A program made the translations under genes and the position numbers. A stretch of DNA of 64,000 bases from Tubiluchus corallicola (lineage: Eukaryota; Animalia; Priapulida): assembly GCA_030141605.1 (NCBI GenBank), contig JAQGDQ010000034.1:372001-436000 (forward strand), read 5' to 3'. Of this stretch, positions 40,101 through 54,061 are shown in pieces (positions within the stretch are counted from its first letter, which is position 1; the number at the start of each line of letters is the position of its first letter). Below the pieces are notes generated by a model. That model did no database searches, was not told the origin of the DNA, and worked only from the letters and a program-made list of their open reading frames with translations.

Positions 40101-40708
40101 TCAGTGCATATATAGAGTTTAAATAATTATAGGATAGGACAAGTAACTTGGCATGTTGGGTTTATTTTGCTGATATCACTTAATCTTAGTAAAATACAGC
40201 TAGCAAATTACTATTTGAAGAAACCAAATTTTCATATTGTTGTAAAATAAACACTCAGTTTTAGGAAACTATGCCGATTCTTCAAGTATTTCACTCTAAA
40301 CGATATTTGGGTATTTAACTTTATTGTTTGAAGAAATAAATATTTGAGCTCAAACATAGTAATTATGTACGTTACTCGTACTATATAATATAGTTACTTA
40401 ACTCTCTAATTCTTGTTACAGGACACAGCGGGTCAAGAACGATATAGAACTATAACAACAGCTTATTATAGGGGAGCAATGGGTTTTATTCTAATGTATG
40501 ACGTAACTAATGAAGAATCATTTAATAGTGTCATGGATTGGTGAGCTATTTTCAGTGTTTGTTTTAATTCGGCAATTATTATATGTTATTGTACAGCAAT
40601 TATACATGTACTAATAATAAACGCTGGACAGATATAAATAAGCTGAATGAACGTTCCATCGTCTACTCCAAACAGAAAGAGTAGGAAAAAGGTGTGAAGG
40701 CGAGAGAA

Positions 40709-40766
<58 letters not shown>

Positions 40767-42535
40767 AAAGAACGAGAACGAAACTGGGAAATGAAAGAGA
40801 GAGAAAAAATATAGCGACAGAAAAAATGATTGAGAAAAGCCAAAGGTGGAAAAAAGTGGAGGGGAAGGAAAAAGGAGGAAAAAAGAGAAGTGAGAGAGAA
40901 CTAAAGAAGAGGGGGAGGAGAGTGGAAATAAAATAGATGGAATGGCTTGGGATAAGAAAAATTACTTTCATCGTCTACTGATATAATACATAGACTGCAG
41001 CCATTATTTGACATATACTCGGGCAACACACGATATTGTCACCATATGATTACGATCTTGTCAGGATATTGACAAAAATATGGTCACATAATGTTGTCAC
41101 CATGTTGGTACAGCAGAGAATAGTTCTGTTCACACTTGGCACAACATTGGACCAATATTATCGTCCAACATTGGAAACACACGGTTTACATGATATTGAT
41201 AAAAATATAGGTAAAATGCTGTGGTAAGTCGGCATCTTCACATAGTATCAATATTTGCAAAAATATTGTAACAACATTGGTACGATATAGTTGTACTGTA
41301 ACTGTACAGGCAATCACTTAAACAAATATGAAAATATTTCTGTTAGAAATGGTTTAGTAATCAAACGTAGTTAAATTTATACATAAGGCTTACTCTAGTC
41401 TGCATCATTTTAGTTATGTATTTGCTATGAAATTTTGATCTTGAACACGCCCCACTTTTCTAATGGAAATAAGGACAAATGTCGTCCCAACTGTGACTGA
41501 TGACTGAATGCACCGCCCAACTTATGTTTTAATGTAATTGCCCAACCATATAGCCAAATGAAAAACGTCATAATTATGATTATATTTTTTATAGGTCAAC
41601 TCAAATTAAAACTTACTCTTGGGATAATGCACAGATTATCCTTGTAGGGAATAAGTGCGACATGGAGGATGAAAGAGTTGTTTCCTATGAAAGGGGAAAG
41701 CAGCTAGCAGACCAACTAGGTAAATACCTGCACGTAGTCAGCATACATTAGATGGTTATGCTCAGTATGTGTAATTTGTCTACATGCTCTACTTTTTCTA
41801 ATAGAAACAATGTAATATATACTCAATTTCTCTATTAAAAATGCAATTTTTGTACTCAGTATTTATAATTATGTTTTGTGGGAGACTGATTTGATTCCGC
41901 TGTTTTCAGAAATCGATACATTGATATCAGCTAATTAGGCTTATTCACAGTCATGTATGTTTCTATTCGTGTATATATAACAATCAACAAGCTCTGATTC
42001 CAGTATTCAAAATGACAGAGCATATGCTCAGTTCTGTGAGAGAGAAACCTATCTCATCATCTAGGCATTTGCACTTGGGATTATGAGGATGAGACATTCT
42101 TTCAAGATGAGGCACTTGTGACAGAGCTGTTTTAGCCACATTCAGATGTGTATAAATCCGCAATGAAGTAAATACCTATGGCGGGTGAAACTGGCTTACG
42201 CATACCAACCACCCGTTCATTCATTGACCAGACTTGGCAGTGCTTAGGTTCACTTACTAAGCACACACAGTAACCATTCTGATACTGACTGCCAAAAAAC
42301 TGGTAAAAGTCATAATTATATCCCATGAATTGTTCTAGGTGTTGAATTTGTAGAAACTTCTGCTAAAGAGAACATCAACGTTAAACTGGTGTTCGAAAGG
42401 CTGGTTGACATCATCTGTGACAAGATGTCGGAAAGTTTAGACTCAGATCCCACCATTTCCGGTCAGACAAAGGCTACCAGATTGGCGGAAACTTCAGGAG
42501 TTCCTCACAATCCAGTACAAAACTGCCAATGTTAA
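37141..42535 (+). CDS. Rab3: Ras-related protein Rab-3 (221 aa). Exons 37141-37232, 39540-39672, 40422-40540, 41595-41719, 42339-42535
   Basis: Spliced translation [142 protein letters not shown]...[11 protein letters not shown]...NCQC*. All introns are GT-AG and phases are consistent (666 nt). Confidence 0.97.
37410..37540 (-). mobile_element. LINE 3' end remnant in Rab3 intron 1
   Basis: Hairpin gggttggc.aaggaccacggctcatcgagcagccactcc; the minus strand reads acaaataaaaagtttgaatgaa. Confidence 0.4.
37601..37760 (+). repeat. Intronic direct repeat, second copy at about 39048-39220
   Basis: ttacttaaagcaaaacca..tcttaaact..aaaacaatc.actctttaaaata.tgaaagg..ttcgcgtcacta..cattcgcta is shared. Confidence 0.75.
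38435..38698 (-). mobile_element. Degenerate tRNA-derived SINE with Meta-domain-like core
   Basis: Minus strand: tRNA-like head (ggccaggtggta..gggaggtcgtgagttcg), then ggtcacatcaaatactttaaaaattgtacctactg, resembling the MetaSINE core GTCATACCAAAGACTTTAAAAATGGTAC, and a (tat)n tail. Confidence 0.55.
40712..40760. repeat. (GA)n microsatellite
   Basis: Direct reading. Confidence 0.95.
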
Positions 42536-45500
42536 GCACAGATCAATGTCTTTAGTCACTTGTCTTGGCAGTTGTGTAAGCAGAGGTTGAGGCAGTTGGA
42601 GAGAATGAGTTCTCATTTTGCTAGAAAATTAATATTGTGCAAAATGTAAGTGCAATTGTGTAAATACTCATAGTTATCTGAGTGCATTATCTCATAATAA
42701 TCAACTGGTAGACCTACTTTTTTGCTCATGTGATACCTCTTGAGTTTGTTTTGTTTCAGAAAAAAACGCAACAATTTAAAACCTGAACAAGATTTAATAT
42801 GCAGACGATACTAAATGTCTCATGATTTACAAGTGTAAATTCGACAAAAGGTCGAATTTGCGTTTTTTAAACTATATTTGTTAGCACGTATAGGGCCAGA
42901 TTATCCAATAGGCTAGTATAGGTTGCAGTCCGTCAAGCTTGCGGAGACCTCAAGCTTTGATAACATTTGGTTAAAAATCTACTTTTGCACTACATATGTG
43001 TTGAAATGCGTGCTAATTTGGTTTGCAATAAATAGTGAAATAGTGGTGTTTCTTAAGTATTATTTTTATTGACAAACAAAAGATATTTATTGTAGTTTAT
43101 TTAAAGAATCGGAAATAAGTTTACTTCAAGCTATGTAAACGTCGCTAAAATATATTACGAGTAAAAAATATTCAAGACAGGTGCGGTCGAGTTAGAGGGT
43201 GCGCCGTCTGAGAGGGCACACTAATATCATTAGTCTAGGGATCCAAAAGGTCACAATCTATCTCTGAGTATGTATAAAGAGTTCTAATTATTAAATACAT
43301 GTTGAACACATCATGATTATTATGCTAGAACATGCATCGCATGTAATAATTCGAACTCTTTTTCGCTACTAATAACAACAGTTTTAACAAATTTTTAGGC
43401 TGTTACTCGAGTTACACTTGTAAATCCTGTGGAGCACTTTGTAGCTTTTAAGTATTAAATCTTGATTATGTTGTAGAATATTAATCAAGCTTGTTCGTCA
43501 GCCTCACATGCTACATCACAAAGCTGCGCTTTCATTAATAACCAAAAGTACGTTGTTATGATAAGCCAACCATATTGTACGACTAAGGTGACTTTTCCTA
43601 TAAACTTCTTATCATCATTAATAATTTCTATCATCATTAAATTACATGGATGTGCAAAGTGTAAAGGGATTATACGCGGGAAAATGTTTTTATTTAAGGC
43701 AAGTCTACAAAAAGTATCAGAACGTATTTCAGAAATGCAATGCACGCGTGTTGTCCATGCCATACACGCCTCAAAGGTTGCTGCCAAAAATTCAAAGCAG
43801 ATTCACAAAAAATTCCCAAAAAACTATTTCTTTTTTTGCCAGTGCAGTGCAAACAACATGACTTAATGTTCATAGAAAGAATCATTGGTATGATCAACAA
43901 GGTGTTTCTACTTACTAGTCTATTTATAAAAACTAAGGTGTTCCTATAGAACACACACATTTGTCTGAAAAAAACGAGAGAACCTCTCATTTCATTTGCT
44001 GCAAAAATATTTTTTGCAACGAAATTTTAAGCTTCAAGTGTTAGCAAATCAGTGTAATTTCAATTCAGTCATCTTGGTAATTACATTAATTAACATTTTG
44101 TAAATATTGTGAGTAGCAATAAAGTTAAGTACGTTATGTGTAGCTATTTAATGATGCTTTGACTGTAGCTTGTAGTAGTTAATGAGTGTTAGAATGTTTA
44201 AACGAAGTAGGCGTAGATACCTAATTATTGTTGCACTGATTAGATATACGTACATCACATGTGTGTGAGAAAGTATTAAGGACTATGCAGGCGGGTTATT
44301 GCCTAGATCAGACGTAGGCCTAATTTTACAGACTGACAAAAAAAGTGACTTCCGAAAAAGCTTGTCACGTGACTGGCTGAATTCAATAAGCACTTTTCAA
44401 ATCAGCTGCACTAGGTTTAAGTAAAACGTAATTAAATGCAGCTAATTAAGTAAAATTAAGTTCAAATTACCATTTTCTTTCGTGACGAGTCTTGCATAAT
44501 TATTTAAACGTCGAATTAATTCCAGCAATTAAATGTACTTCTATACACATACTTCTAAAAACTCGAGTACTATAATACTGTTTAAAGTCAGTTATATAGC
44601 ATCACACGTTGAAATTTAAAAGAATGACCAGTCAGTGTAGCAACGTAAGTTCAGTTGCTTCTATTAGACATGTTTTCTATGGTTGCACACATCTTTCGAC
44701 ACGCTAGAGTGTTAAACACAATGCATTTTTGAATTCAGCTCTTTTACGCTGTGTACGAAGCCATGCTAAAATGTCGAGATGCACATGTTAAGCCTCAAAA
44801 CATTTGTGCAAATGCATTATATGAAAAAAACTCAATGCATTCAAATATTGCTATTAATTCGTGAAAATTTCGTTATTATTGTCCTTGTACTGTCTTTATC
44901 ATAGTATGTCTGTTTCAATACGACTGATAACAGTTGATGTGTGCTTATTTCACATTGTACAAAACTAGTAAAACAAATACAGCACGTGTTACAGTTTTTA
45001 GAAAAAATACGTCAACGATATTTTCTTCAAGTCATGGTTGTTGTTTCTTTTTTGTAGATCTGTGACTTTACAATGTGCCCAAAGTGATAATTTGTTTTGT
45101 TTTTGTTTACTGTTTACAAAATGAAGTTGTTTAGTTGTTAGTTGCAGAGAAATGAAAATAACAAAGCACTTGTACTTGAACTGTGTTGGTCTTATTTCCT
45201 TTATTTTGATATGGTTTATGAGCAAATCTAAACAATTAAAAAAAAATTCATACAAAGTCTATAATGATTAATTATAAGTACACAATATTGTCTCTTGCGG
45301 CTAAAACAGACTTGTTGAAAAACGGCTAGGCCCACCTATAAAAACAGTCCATATATAATCAGTGTGCAAATGCACTTAAAACTCCATTTAAACTAGGCAG
45401 AAAACACTCTGCCTGTTATGTACTTTTTAGATCCGGGACTAAGGTAAAGGAAGATCAAATACGAATCCCATACCTTCTCTGTACTGTAAACAAGACTTAA

Positions 45501-46772
45501 GATGACATGTAAGAAAAACAAAGAATTTTGGAAACGCACGTCATTCTCTCCTGACCAAATTTTATGCGCCAGGTAACTATAACATTGTCCATGACTAGAA
45601 GCAAAAGCTTTTCAATTACGAAATGCAAACAAATAATAATACTTAGGCCTACAGTGAGTACAACATCAAAAACATTATATTTGGAGCTTATACTGCATTA
45701 TAATGTATGTACATTGGTTAACATACACAAAAAATTGAACTAACACATACGATAAACACAGCTAACACCTAACAACAATTAAGAAGTTGTAAAAGAGGGA
45801 CGGTGATTTCGAGATTACAGGCATTAACAACAGAACGTCAATCGTGCACGCAAAGTTACTTGTAGAACATGTAAAATATCTTCCAAAAACAGAGAGTTCT
45901 CTTCTCAAGCATTCATCATAAAAACTTTGATAGATCTATTACAAAAAGTGGCAGTAAAATGTCTGACACGGAATAAAAATTTGGTCAAAAATTCACTTGT
46001 ATTACATCTTAAAACATTTAAGAAACACATCCATACCTCAGTGCATTTTACTGATTCAGATCCAAATTGTTGAAGTTTAGAAAACCTCAAAGCTAATTTG
46101 CTACTTCAATCAACATCACAAGATATTTTTCTCATGTTGCTCAGTCAATTGCCGATTTTTTTTATAAAAATGTTTTTATTCAAAATGCATTCTGAGAAAA
46201 TTGGACTGGGAAACATGCAAATATCTCGCATGGGATTAAAACCAGACAGGGAAAGAGCTGCAAACATCTCCTGTGGAAACAATTTCGGCAAAAGAGAAAT
46301 GACCAAACAATCACTAAACTTGCAGATATTTGAAAACTATATTTCCAGTGAATGGCATGGCAAGTCTGTGATTAAATGATTCTAAAAATTCAATAAAATA
46401 ATCTAATTTTTCATTTACTCACCAAGTTAGTAAATGACATCCTAGAAATGAAGCTGCTATTTTACTAGGTCTTTCCTGCAAACATTTATGGCACACACAG
46501 TGAAATGACATGTTAAAAAGAAAAAGTACAGTTCCATTATATCACCACTATTAAAAACTGGACAAGTATTAAAATAATGACAAGGACAGATACCAGTGCT
46601 ATTTTAGTTAATTATCATCTAAAAATGAAACTACTTTTTTCTGACTAAAATCTAGTCTTCCCAAAACTCCTACATGTTATAATAAACATCAATGACAAAA
46701 CCTTATGTACAATAAATACAGTTTAGCAAAATATATGGACTACTGATTAGGCCATGGAATGCACAGACAGCC

Positions 46773-49700
46773 TCACGTGAGCTTGTCGTGTTCATTTTCT
46801 TGTAAAAGTTCTGATGAGACGGACGCTCCCTCGCAACAAGATTGAGATTGCAAAAGATCACTTGTAACATCTTCCTGTGAAACATTACTCTGTGCGATAA
46901 CGTCTTCCTGAAAACGATCACAAGCCGTACTAACATTTTCCTGTAAATTATTTGGCCTAGTTTCATCTTCCTGCAAGCCGAGTTCCTGAGTTGAAAAAGG
47001 CAATGGTGCTTGAGAAGAATCATTAAATGCACTTGCCGATGGCAAACGTGTTGAAGAATCAATTAACTGAAGACTATCGTAATCTGGCAAGCTATTTCTT
47101 TTTGGCACGCCTGGGGTTACTGCACCTTCAGTTGCTGCACCAGCTAGCCCCCCAGAACTGCCAGGTAAGTTACTTCTGCTAGCTACAAGTGGTACAATCA
47201 CCCAATCATCAAGACTTCCATCTCCCTCGTCTTCAACATTGCGAGAGTGGCGTGGATTCTCTCTTCTGTCCAGTGTCTGATAAGGTGGAGGCGGAGATCC
47301 ATGGGTAGTGGCCAACGAGGGACCATCCAAAAGGTTCATTTCCACTTCGGTATACGGAGGCGGAGTGAGCGTCTCCGCACACGGAAGGATCTGCAATCCG
47401 TTGTTGATGTTATAAGTGACAAGTAAGTTTGTTGTGCCCGGACACCGATGTGGAGTTATGCCATGTCTACATTCACTGAAACCAAACAAACATCATAAAA
47501 ACAATGCTTTGTACCTTAATGATTCAAGTGGAACAAATGCACATTCAAACTGAACACTGTAAAGCAAAAATGGATTTCACATTTCCTTCCTTTCGGCCAA
47601 GTCTGATTTCAGGATTTCTTTAGTGATAATTTCTAGCCCTGAAGTTAAGATCAAAAAATTAGTAATTGATTAGTAACCCAAAAATCATTCTATAAATTAT
47701 ATAATTAATACAAAATTAATAAAAATAATTAATGATTATTAGAAAAACAAGTTAAAAGTATTGACTTAAGATATGCGTTAGGTGCAAGGACAATCAAATG
47801 GAATGACAATCAAAGATAGGCAATGCAATGTCAGTCAGCAAATGGATGGATAACCGTTAATCTAAGATTAAATTTAAATTAAAAGAATACAGTGTCGAGA
47901 TTTATCCACAGAAAAATCAACTGGCAATAAACTAATTATAGAAAACAATTCAATAATCCACAGATAATGTCTCCATTTGGGGCCAAAAAGGAAGCGAAAG
48001 CTCTCAACAATGGTGCTTCTTATTATAAACAATAATTCGAGAGTAGACTTTGCTTGTTCAATATCTACAATGTTCAGGAAGCAATTTTCGCATCTTTCTC
48101 AATCTGCCTATACCTTTGAATATACAACCAAATTCGGTAGCCAGCAAACAGAACTAAGGTATTAACTTTGATTATACCATTCATGTCCATAATTCATCAA
48201 TCAATCAATCAATCTACCACACAAACTGAGTAACGGTTCGCTGTTATGATACCTGGACTGCACATTATGACTACTAAATTTGGCAGATTTCAAACGATTT
48301 TATATACCGGTATTGCCACCAAGGCAGCTGATGGTGATAGCATCGTCGACCATGTTGGCAGTGTAAATATCGTCGCATTAAGAGATTCCTTTTCTTATGG
48401 TACCTGCACACTAAGACAACCTGAAAACAATCAAATGTCAACTCACGTCCATCTCAAAAATACAGTAATGTATGCTAGTCTGAAAAATGACTGTGATGAT
48501 GACACTTTACTTAAAGGAAATGTCAAACCATCCGGGAAGTTAGGCTTGTTTCACTGTTTACAACAAATGTCAGAACAATTTAGTAATAAAAGTGTAATGA
48601 GTGCCTCATGTAATTAGTAAAATCGTTTCAAAGTCACGAAGATCATTTCACAATTGGGCGTTCCCATTTTGGACACCCGTTCTTCCACCAGTGACGTCAT
48701 TCCGAAAAAAAGCAGCACACAGTCAATTTTTGTTAAAAGTGCAGGTTTTTACAAAAAAAATAGATAGCTAACTTTGTGATATTTTTGTATGAACAACAGG
48801 TAAGCTGCAAAGCTTGAATTAGTTTAAGTAGCGAGCGAACATGGAAACACCACAATGCTCTTACGAAAAGTCACGAAGTCTACCTGTTATGTTACATACA
48901 TCATAATTTTCAAGTGAATGGCGTCTATCACTGCACCTGAAAATTTCTACATAGCGGCAGTATAAATTAACCGCATGCTTTATAGAAGATTTATGTGCAA
49001 ATTTCTTAGTTACATTTTTCTAAGTTTAAGCATTAATAGTAAAGTAAATCTAACATGCTAAGTGACTTGACCTTTCATTTAATAAACGATAATTACAGAT
49101 GACTACATAAAACAAAAAAAAACTGAAATAAAACAACTTAACCAAGTAGGATTAAGTACGTATTATACGAATACATTAACAGTTAAGATGATTCATTCAT
49201 TTTTTTACACTGCTTCATTAGTCTCCCTGCAACTGTTGTCATTCACTTTGTATGAGACAAGTATGAACGAATTAATTCACATCTCAAATGCATGCCAGTA
49301 ATATAAGTCACTTACACGTGATAGTTTTCACGTTAAAAAATAAATACTTTACATGCACAATAGCACTGAAGTACATCAGTAAATAACAAAAACGACATTT
49401 TGCACAGCGCATTCAAATCTCGGTTTGCCGAACCTCGCTTTTACAGATATGGGAATTGGACAAAACTTGGACCGTTAAAAAGTCCCTCACACTATGGACA
49501 CAGTATGTTCTTTCGAAAGCTGACTGCTAGTTGCCGGGCCACAACATTGTTTACATCACTACATCAGTGTAACAACGTGTATATCTCAATATGTCAAAAT
49601 AGAGTCAATTATGCTGAGTTATTTGAGTCAACTGCCGAAAGTTTTTATATACTTTTGCACAGAAGTGGCCCATACTAGACATTTTTGAGACAATTAGGCA

Positions 49701-52700
49701 ATTGATTCTACATTACCGTGAGTTTAATACACTGCGCCTATATATTAGCTAATTATCGGTAAATACTGACAATCGGCAAATTAGAACCGACGTCTCCCCG
49801 CTTTTGTCCGCCAAAAAGCTACACTTTTAGGCTCAAACTGTATGCATCAAAATTATTGTGTAATGTAATTTGCAAGTGTATATGCTAGCTGCTAAAGACT
49901 CTTTATTTGTATTTTCTGAACTGTATTGCATTTGTATTTATATTTACTTTAATGGATAATTATCTGTATTTTAATGATAATTGTAAGATGCAGTGTGGAA
50001 ATGAATAAACTCTTGAACTCTTGAAACCGAGATACGAGTGCATTTGCAAAGCATGATGAAAAATCTTAACAGTTTCTCCTTTTCACGGTTTATTTCATAT
50101 CACTAAAAGTCGGGAAATTATATAGTCAAATTTCAAAAGCTCACCAGGACTACTAGAATAACCACAAAGCCCAACGAACAGCCAATGATCGTGTAGACGG
50201 TGTGACGCAACATGTCCATTTCTGTGTAGCCATCATCAACCTCGCTGCTAGTAAAATAATCTGCAGGCTTCTTGTCAAATTTATTTGCATCTACATACAC
50301 TGCAATGCACAATATTGTATATCAGTGTAATTTAAGAATAATCATATTTACAGTGATATAAATTTATGGCTGTTATTGGTGGCTCTATTAGCTACAGTTA
50401 TTATCAGAGGTAGCTTTGTAAATTAGTGGCAAGTAGTAAGAAGATGAGTCAAAGTACTTCTGAAAATAGAAACTAAGTATCTCAAAATCCATGTGAGATC
50501 ATTCCCGCAAATACTGAACGAAAGTGATTATTTCATTAAAAAAAACTACACGTTACAACAAAAACAACTCAGTTTTAGTCATCTCCAACTTTACACCAAG
50601 GGGTGCAGGCATGGAAATGCCTGGAAATTATTTGTACAAAAGATGTTTTTAACATGCACTTTTTGGGCAATACATTACAGGTTTAAGCAAAACATTGAAA
50701 ACAGCAGCTGAAACAAATAGCAAATAACTAAAATGTTGACAGTGACATAAAAAATTGTAGTAATAATGTCACTGGCACACAGTAATACTGTGTTTTTCAG
50801 CAATAGGTACTTTTGACCTATTGGAATCAATAGGCTTCCATAGTACATATCATAAACAAGATTGGAGTCCTGTTTTCCAACAAGCTTTTTCACACACACT
50901 TATATATATATATATATATATAATATGTATATATAATATATAGGTATATATAACTAGGTGCATGATATAAAGGGGTTTCTACTTAAAAGATAAGTTCAAT
51001 ATAGAAGTTTTGATAATATCATAGTTATGGGTGAATTAATTAAAACAAAGTACTTAGATTTACCAAACGGTAAATGAATATAAGTCCAAGAAAAGAAATA
51101 TACATTATGGCAATAAAAGTGAGAAAAATGCTGAACATTCACTAAGTATAGTGAAAATAAATCTAAAGATGTATTCAAAAAACAGATAGATGGATAATTT
51201 AATGAAAACTGAGCTTCTGATACAAGCAGTAGCCTAAGCATGCTTGAATTAAGTGGTAATCCATTACACAATCAACTCCCAAAAATATACCAGTTTACTT
51301 CTTTTGTGATAAGTCCAAGTTAAATATGGAAGTTAATTTTAAATTATAACTGCAAATGGCTAAGAATAAAATATTCAAAATACAAAAATGAAACTGCAGC
51401 AAAATTGAAAAAATGCTAAAAAAACCTTTAAGTGAAATGATGCACAACTTTTCACTTTCACCAATTCCTGATATTAGTTTTAATGATATATTTTTATGTG
51501 TTAAAAAAATCCAGTGCACATTATAAAGAAAGATCAACTTACTGTCAATGTAATGATCTCCGCAGCAGATCTGCTTGAACATATCATCACGATCGCAGAG
51601 TGGTTGGGCGCTGTGATCGCAACACTGCCGTCCATCCATGCACCGACCATCATCACACGTTAGCAACTTATTTGCACAAGGAACCGGGCCTAAAAACAAA
51701 TCAGTTCATTTAGAGCAAGAAAGAATAAATGCTAACAGTAGTTCTTGTTGTCTTTTAAATTTTCAAACTCTTCCGCAAGATTCTGAGTTTCGATTCTATT
51801 CTTTTCTGCACCGAACTTTGTAAGATAACTAGAAATTCTCAATGCTCTGCAATTCTTCTGCATATACTCTTCTATACGCTGTGCAAATCTTCTCAGATTT
51901 ATAACCAAAAGCTTCCGGAACAGTACAATTCCATGCATGTAAGTTTAAGAACTTTGTACAAATTTTCCCACAGAAATGAAAAGCTTAAACAAAACCTTGC
52001 AACTTTTACGTGTACCTTGTACAAATGTTATTGAGAAGTTAAAAGAATTCAGAAGTTTGCAATTCACTGAAAGTGTACTGTGACATTACTTACAAAAGTT
52101 TAGAGACAAAATTATTAACAAAGTTGGAAACCCACAATTAATTAAATTTTGATAATAACCTTCAAGCAGAGGAAACATGAAACTGTCCACTGTGCAAATT
52201 TTGCTAAAAGACTAAAAAGCAGCAATACAGACAATAACATGGAACTGGCACAAATACTGATAGCCCTTTATGAGTTCTAATCAAGAAAAGAGAACTTGAA
52301 AAGTTTTTGCAGTACAGAAAGTAAGAAAGGCGAAATAGCGACGTCACTTACCACAAATTTCCTCTGACTCATCTGAACCGTCGGGACAATCCGTAAGATT
52401 GTCGCACTGATAGCGGTAGAACACACAGTGTCCGGACCGACAGCGGAACTGTGTTGGAGCACAAGCACCAGGGGCTAGAAAACAAACATTTATCTTGATT
52501 AAAAACATGGTGCTGGTGATAATAATGACAAGAATTTAAGATAGTATTCAACAAGCAGGCACCGTAATTTATGTATCTTAAATAAGTATGATACTAAGCG
52601 AAAAAATCAATACTGACGTCACCAAAATAATATTTTCAAAATGGACTTCTTTCTTTCTGGAATTCCCTATTACAGTCTAGTCCATTTTTTATTGAAAAAC

Positions 52701-53925
52701 TCAAGACTTTCATTTTTACTGCATAAAATCCAAGAAATAATTTTTTTTAGCTTAAACCTCACCAAAGTACATATTCTCAAAACGTAAACCTTGTTTGCTA
52801 TGAAGTGTATCTTTTGTGCATTTTCTCAAGTGAACTAAGTACAAAATTACTTTATCAAAGGCTTTATCAAAAGGCTTAGATAATAAGCCATATGTGTGCT
52901 TGCATAGCAAAATGGTCCATAAGTTGGCAATTAAGCCTTTCTAGCTATTCACATATCCCGAATCTCCATTTCATGAGGATCATTTTGATACTAAGCTCAT
53001 TGCTCTATGTTATTTCTAAACTGAGATAGTCCACTGAAGTTGAGGTGCAGACTATGCACTGAAAAACATAATCTCAAGAAAATCACTGTTAAAGTTAGCC
53101 ATTGTTTTTTGTCGTGTTTCTACAAAACACTTAGCAACCGCACAAGAGTTGGTTGCTATGGGCACTGCAAGAACACACTGAAGTTATGTTTAAATCCAAT
53201 AGATGGCTCCTCGCGATGAAGATCTGGGCTTGGCAATAGAAAAAACCCGAAGCAAAATAACAGCTTCCAGGAGCTACTATCGGAGTTTGATGTTCTTAGT
53301 ACTGCAAGTTACATGCAATGAGCGGGCAATCTTGATGAGATTGGTAACTTAGAGAGCAATAACTGAGCTAAGTTATTGCTGTTCTGCAATACTAATTGGA
53401 ACCAAAGAAACATCCCTATCATAGCCAGTGAAAGATTTCATTAATGTTAAGCCAAATATGCCTGTATTTGGTTGACAGCTTCACTGCTCCTCGGAAAGTT
53501 GCGAATAAATTTGATCAGGCAGAAATTTGTCCCATTTATCATTCATTTATCATTTAACACTGTCATTAATCAGTGTTAAAATTATTACAAGTCAGTTGTT
53601 GAGCACTGTGGATAAATGAAGACTATCCTATACACTTTGCTAGAATTCATAATATTCATTAAAAAAATATTGCATAATCAATAATCATCGATTCTCTGTG
53701 ACATTTGGAATTTTAACCTATTTGCTAGTAATCATGATTAATTACTCTCGTGTATTTATTCTCTTATACGGTCATTCAATCACCGCAAATTCACTAATCT
53801 CTAAAATAAGGGCAACGTGTAAAGGACTTACTGTCTTACGTTGTCCTCGCATTTGGCTTTGTTATTCCTGATCCTTGTATGTTTTTTGTAAATATCGTTT
53901 TGAACTATATGTGAGAAATAAACTA

Positions 53926-54015
<90 letters not shown>

Positions 54016-54020
54016 CCTAC

Positions 54021-54061
<41 letters not shown>

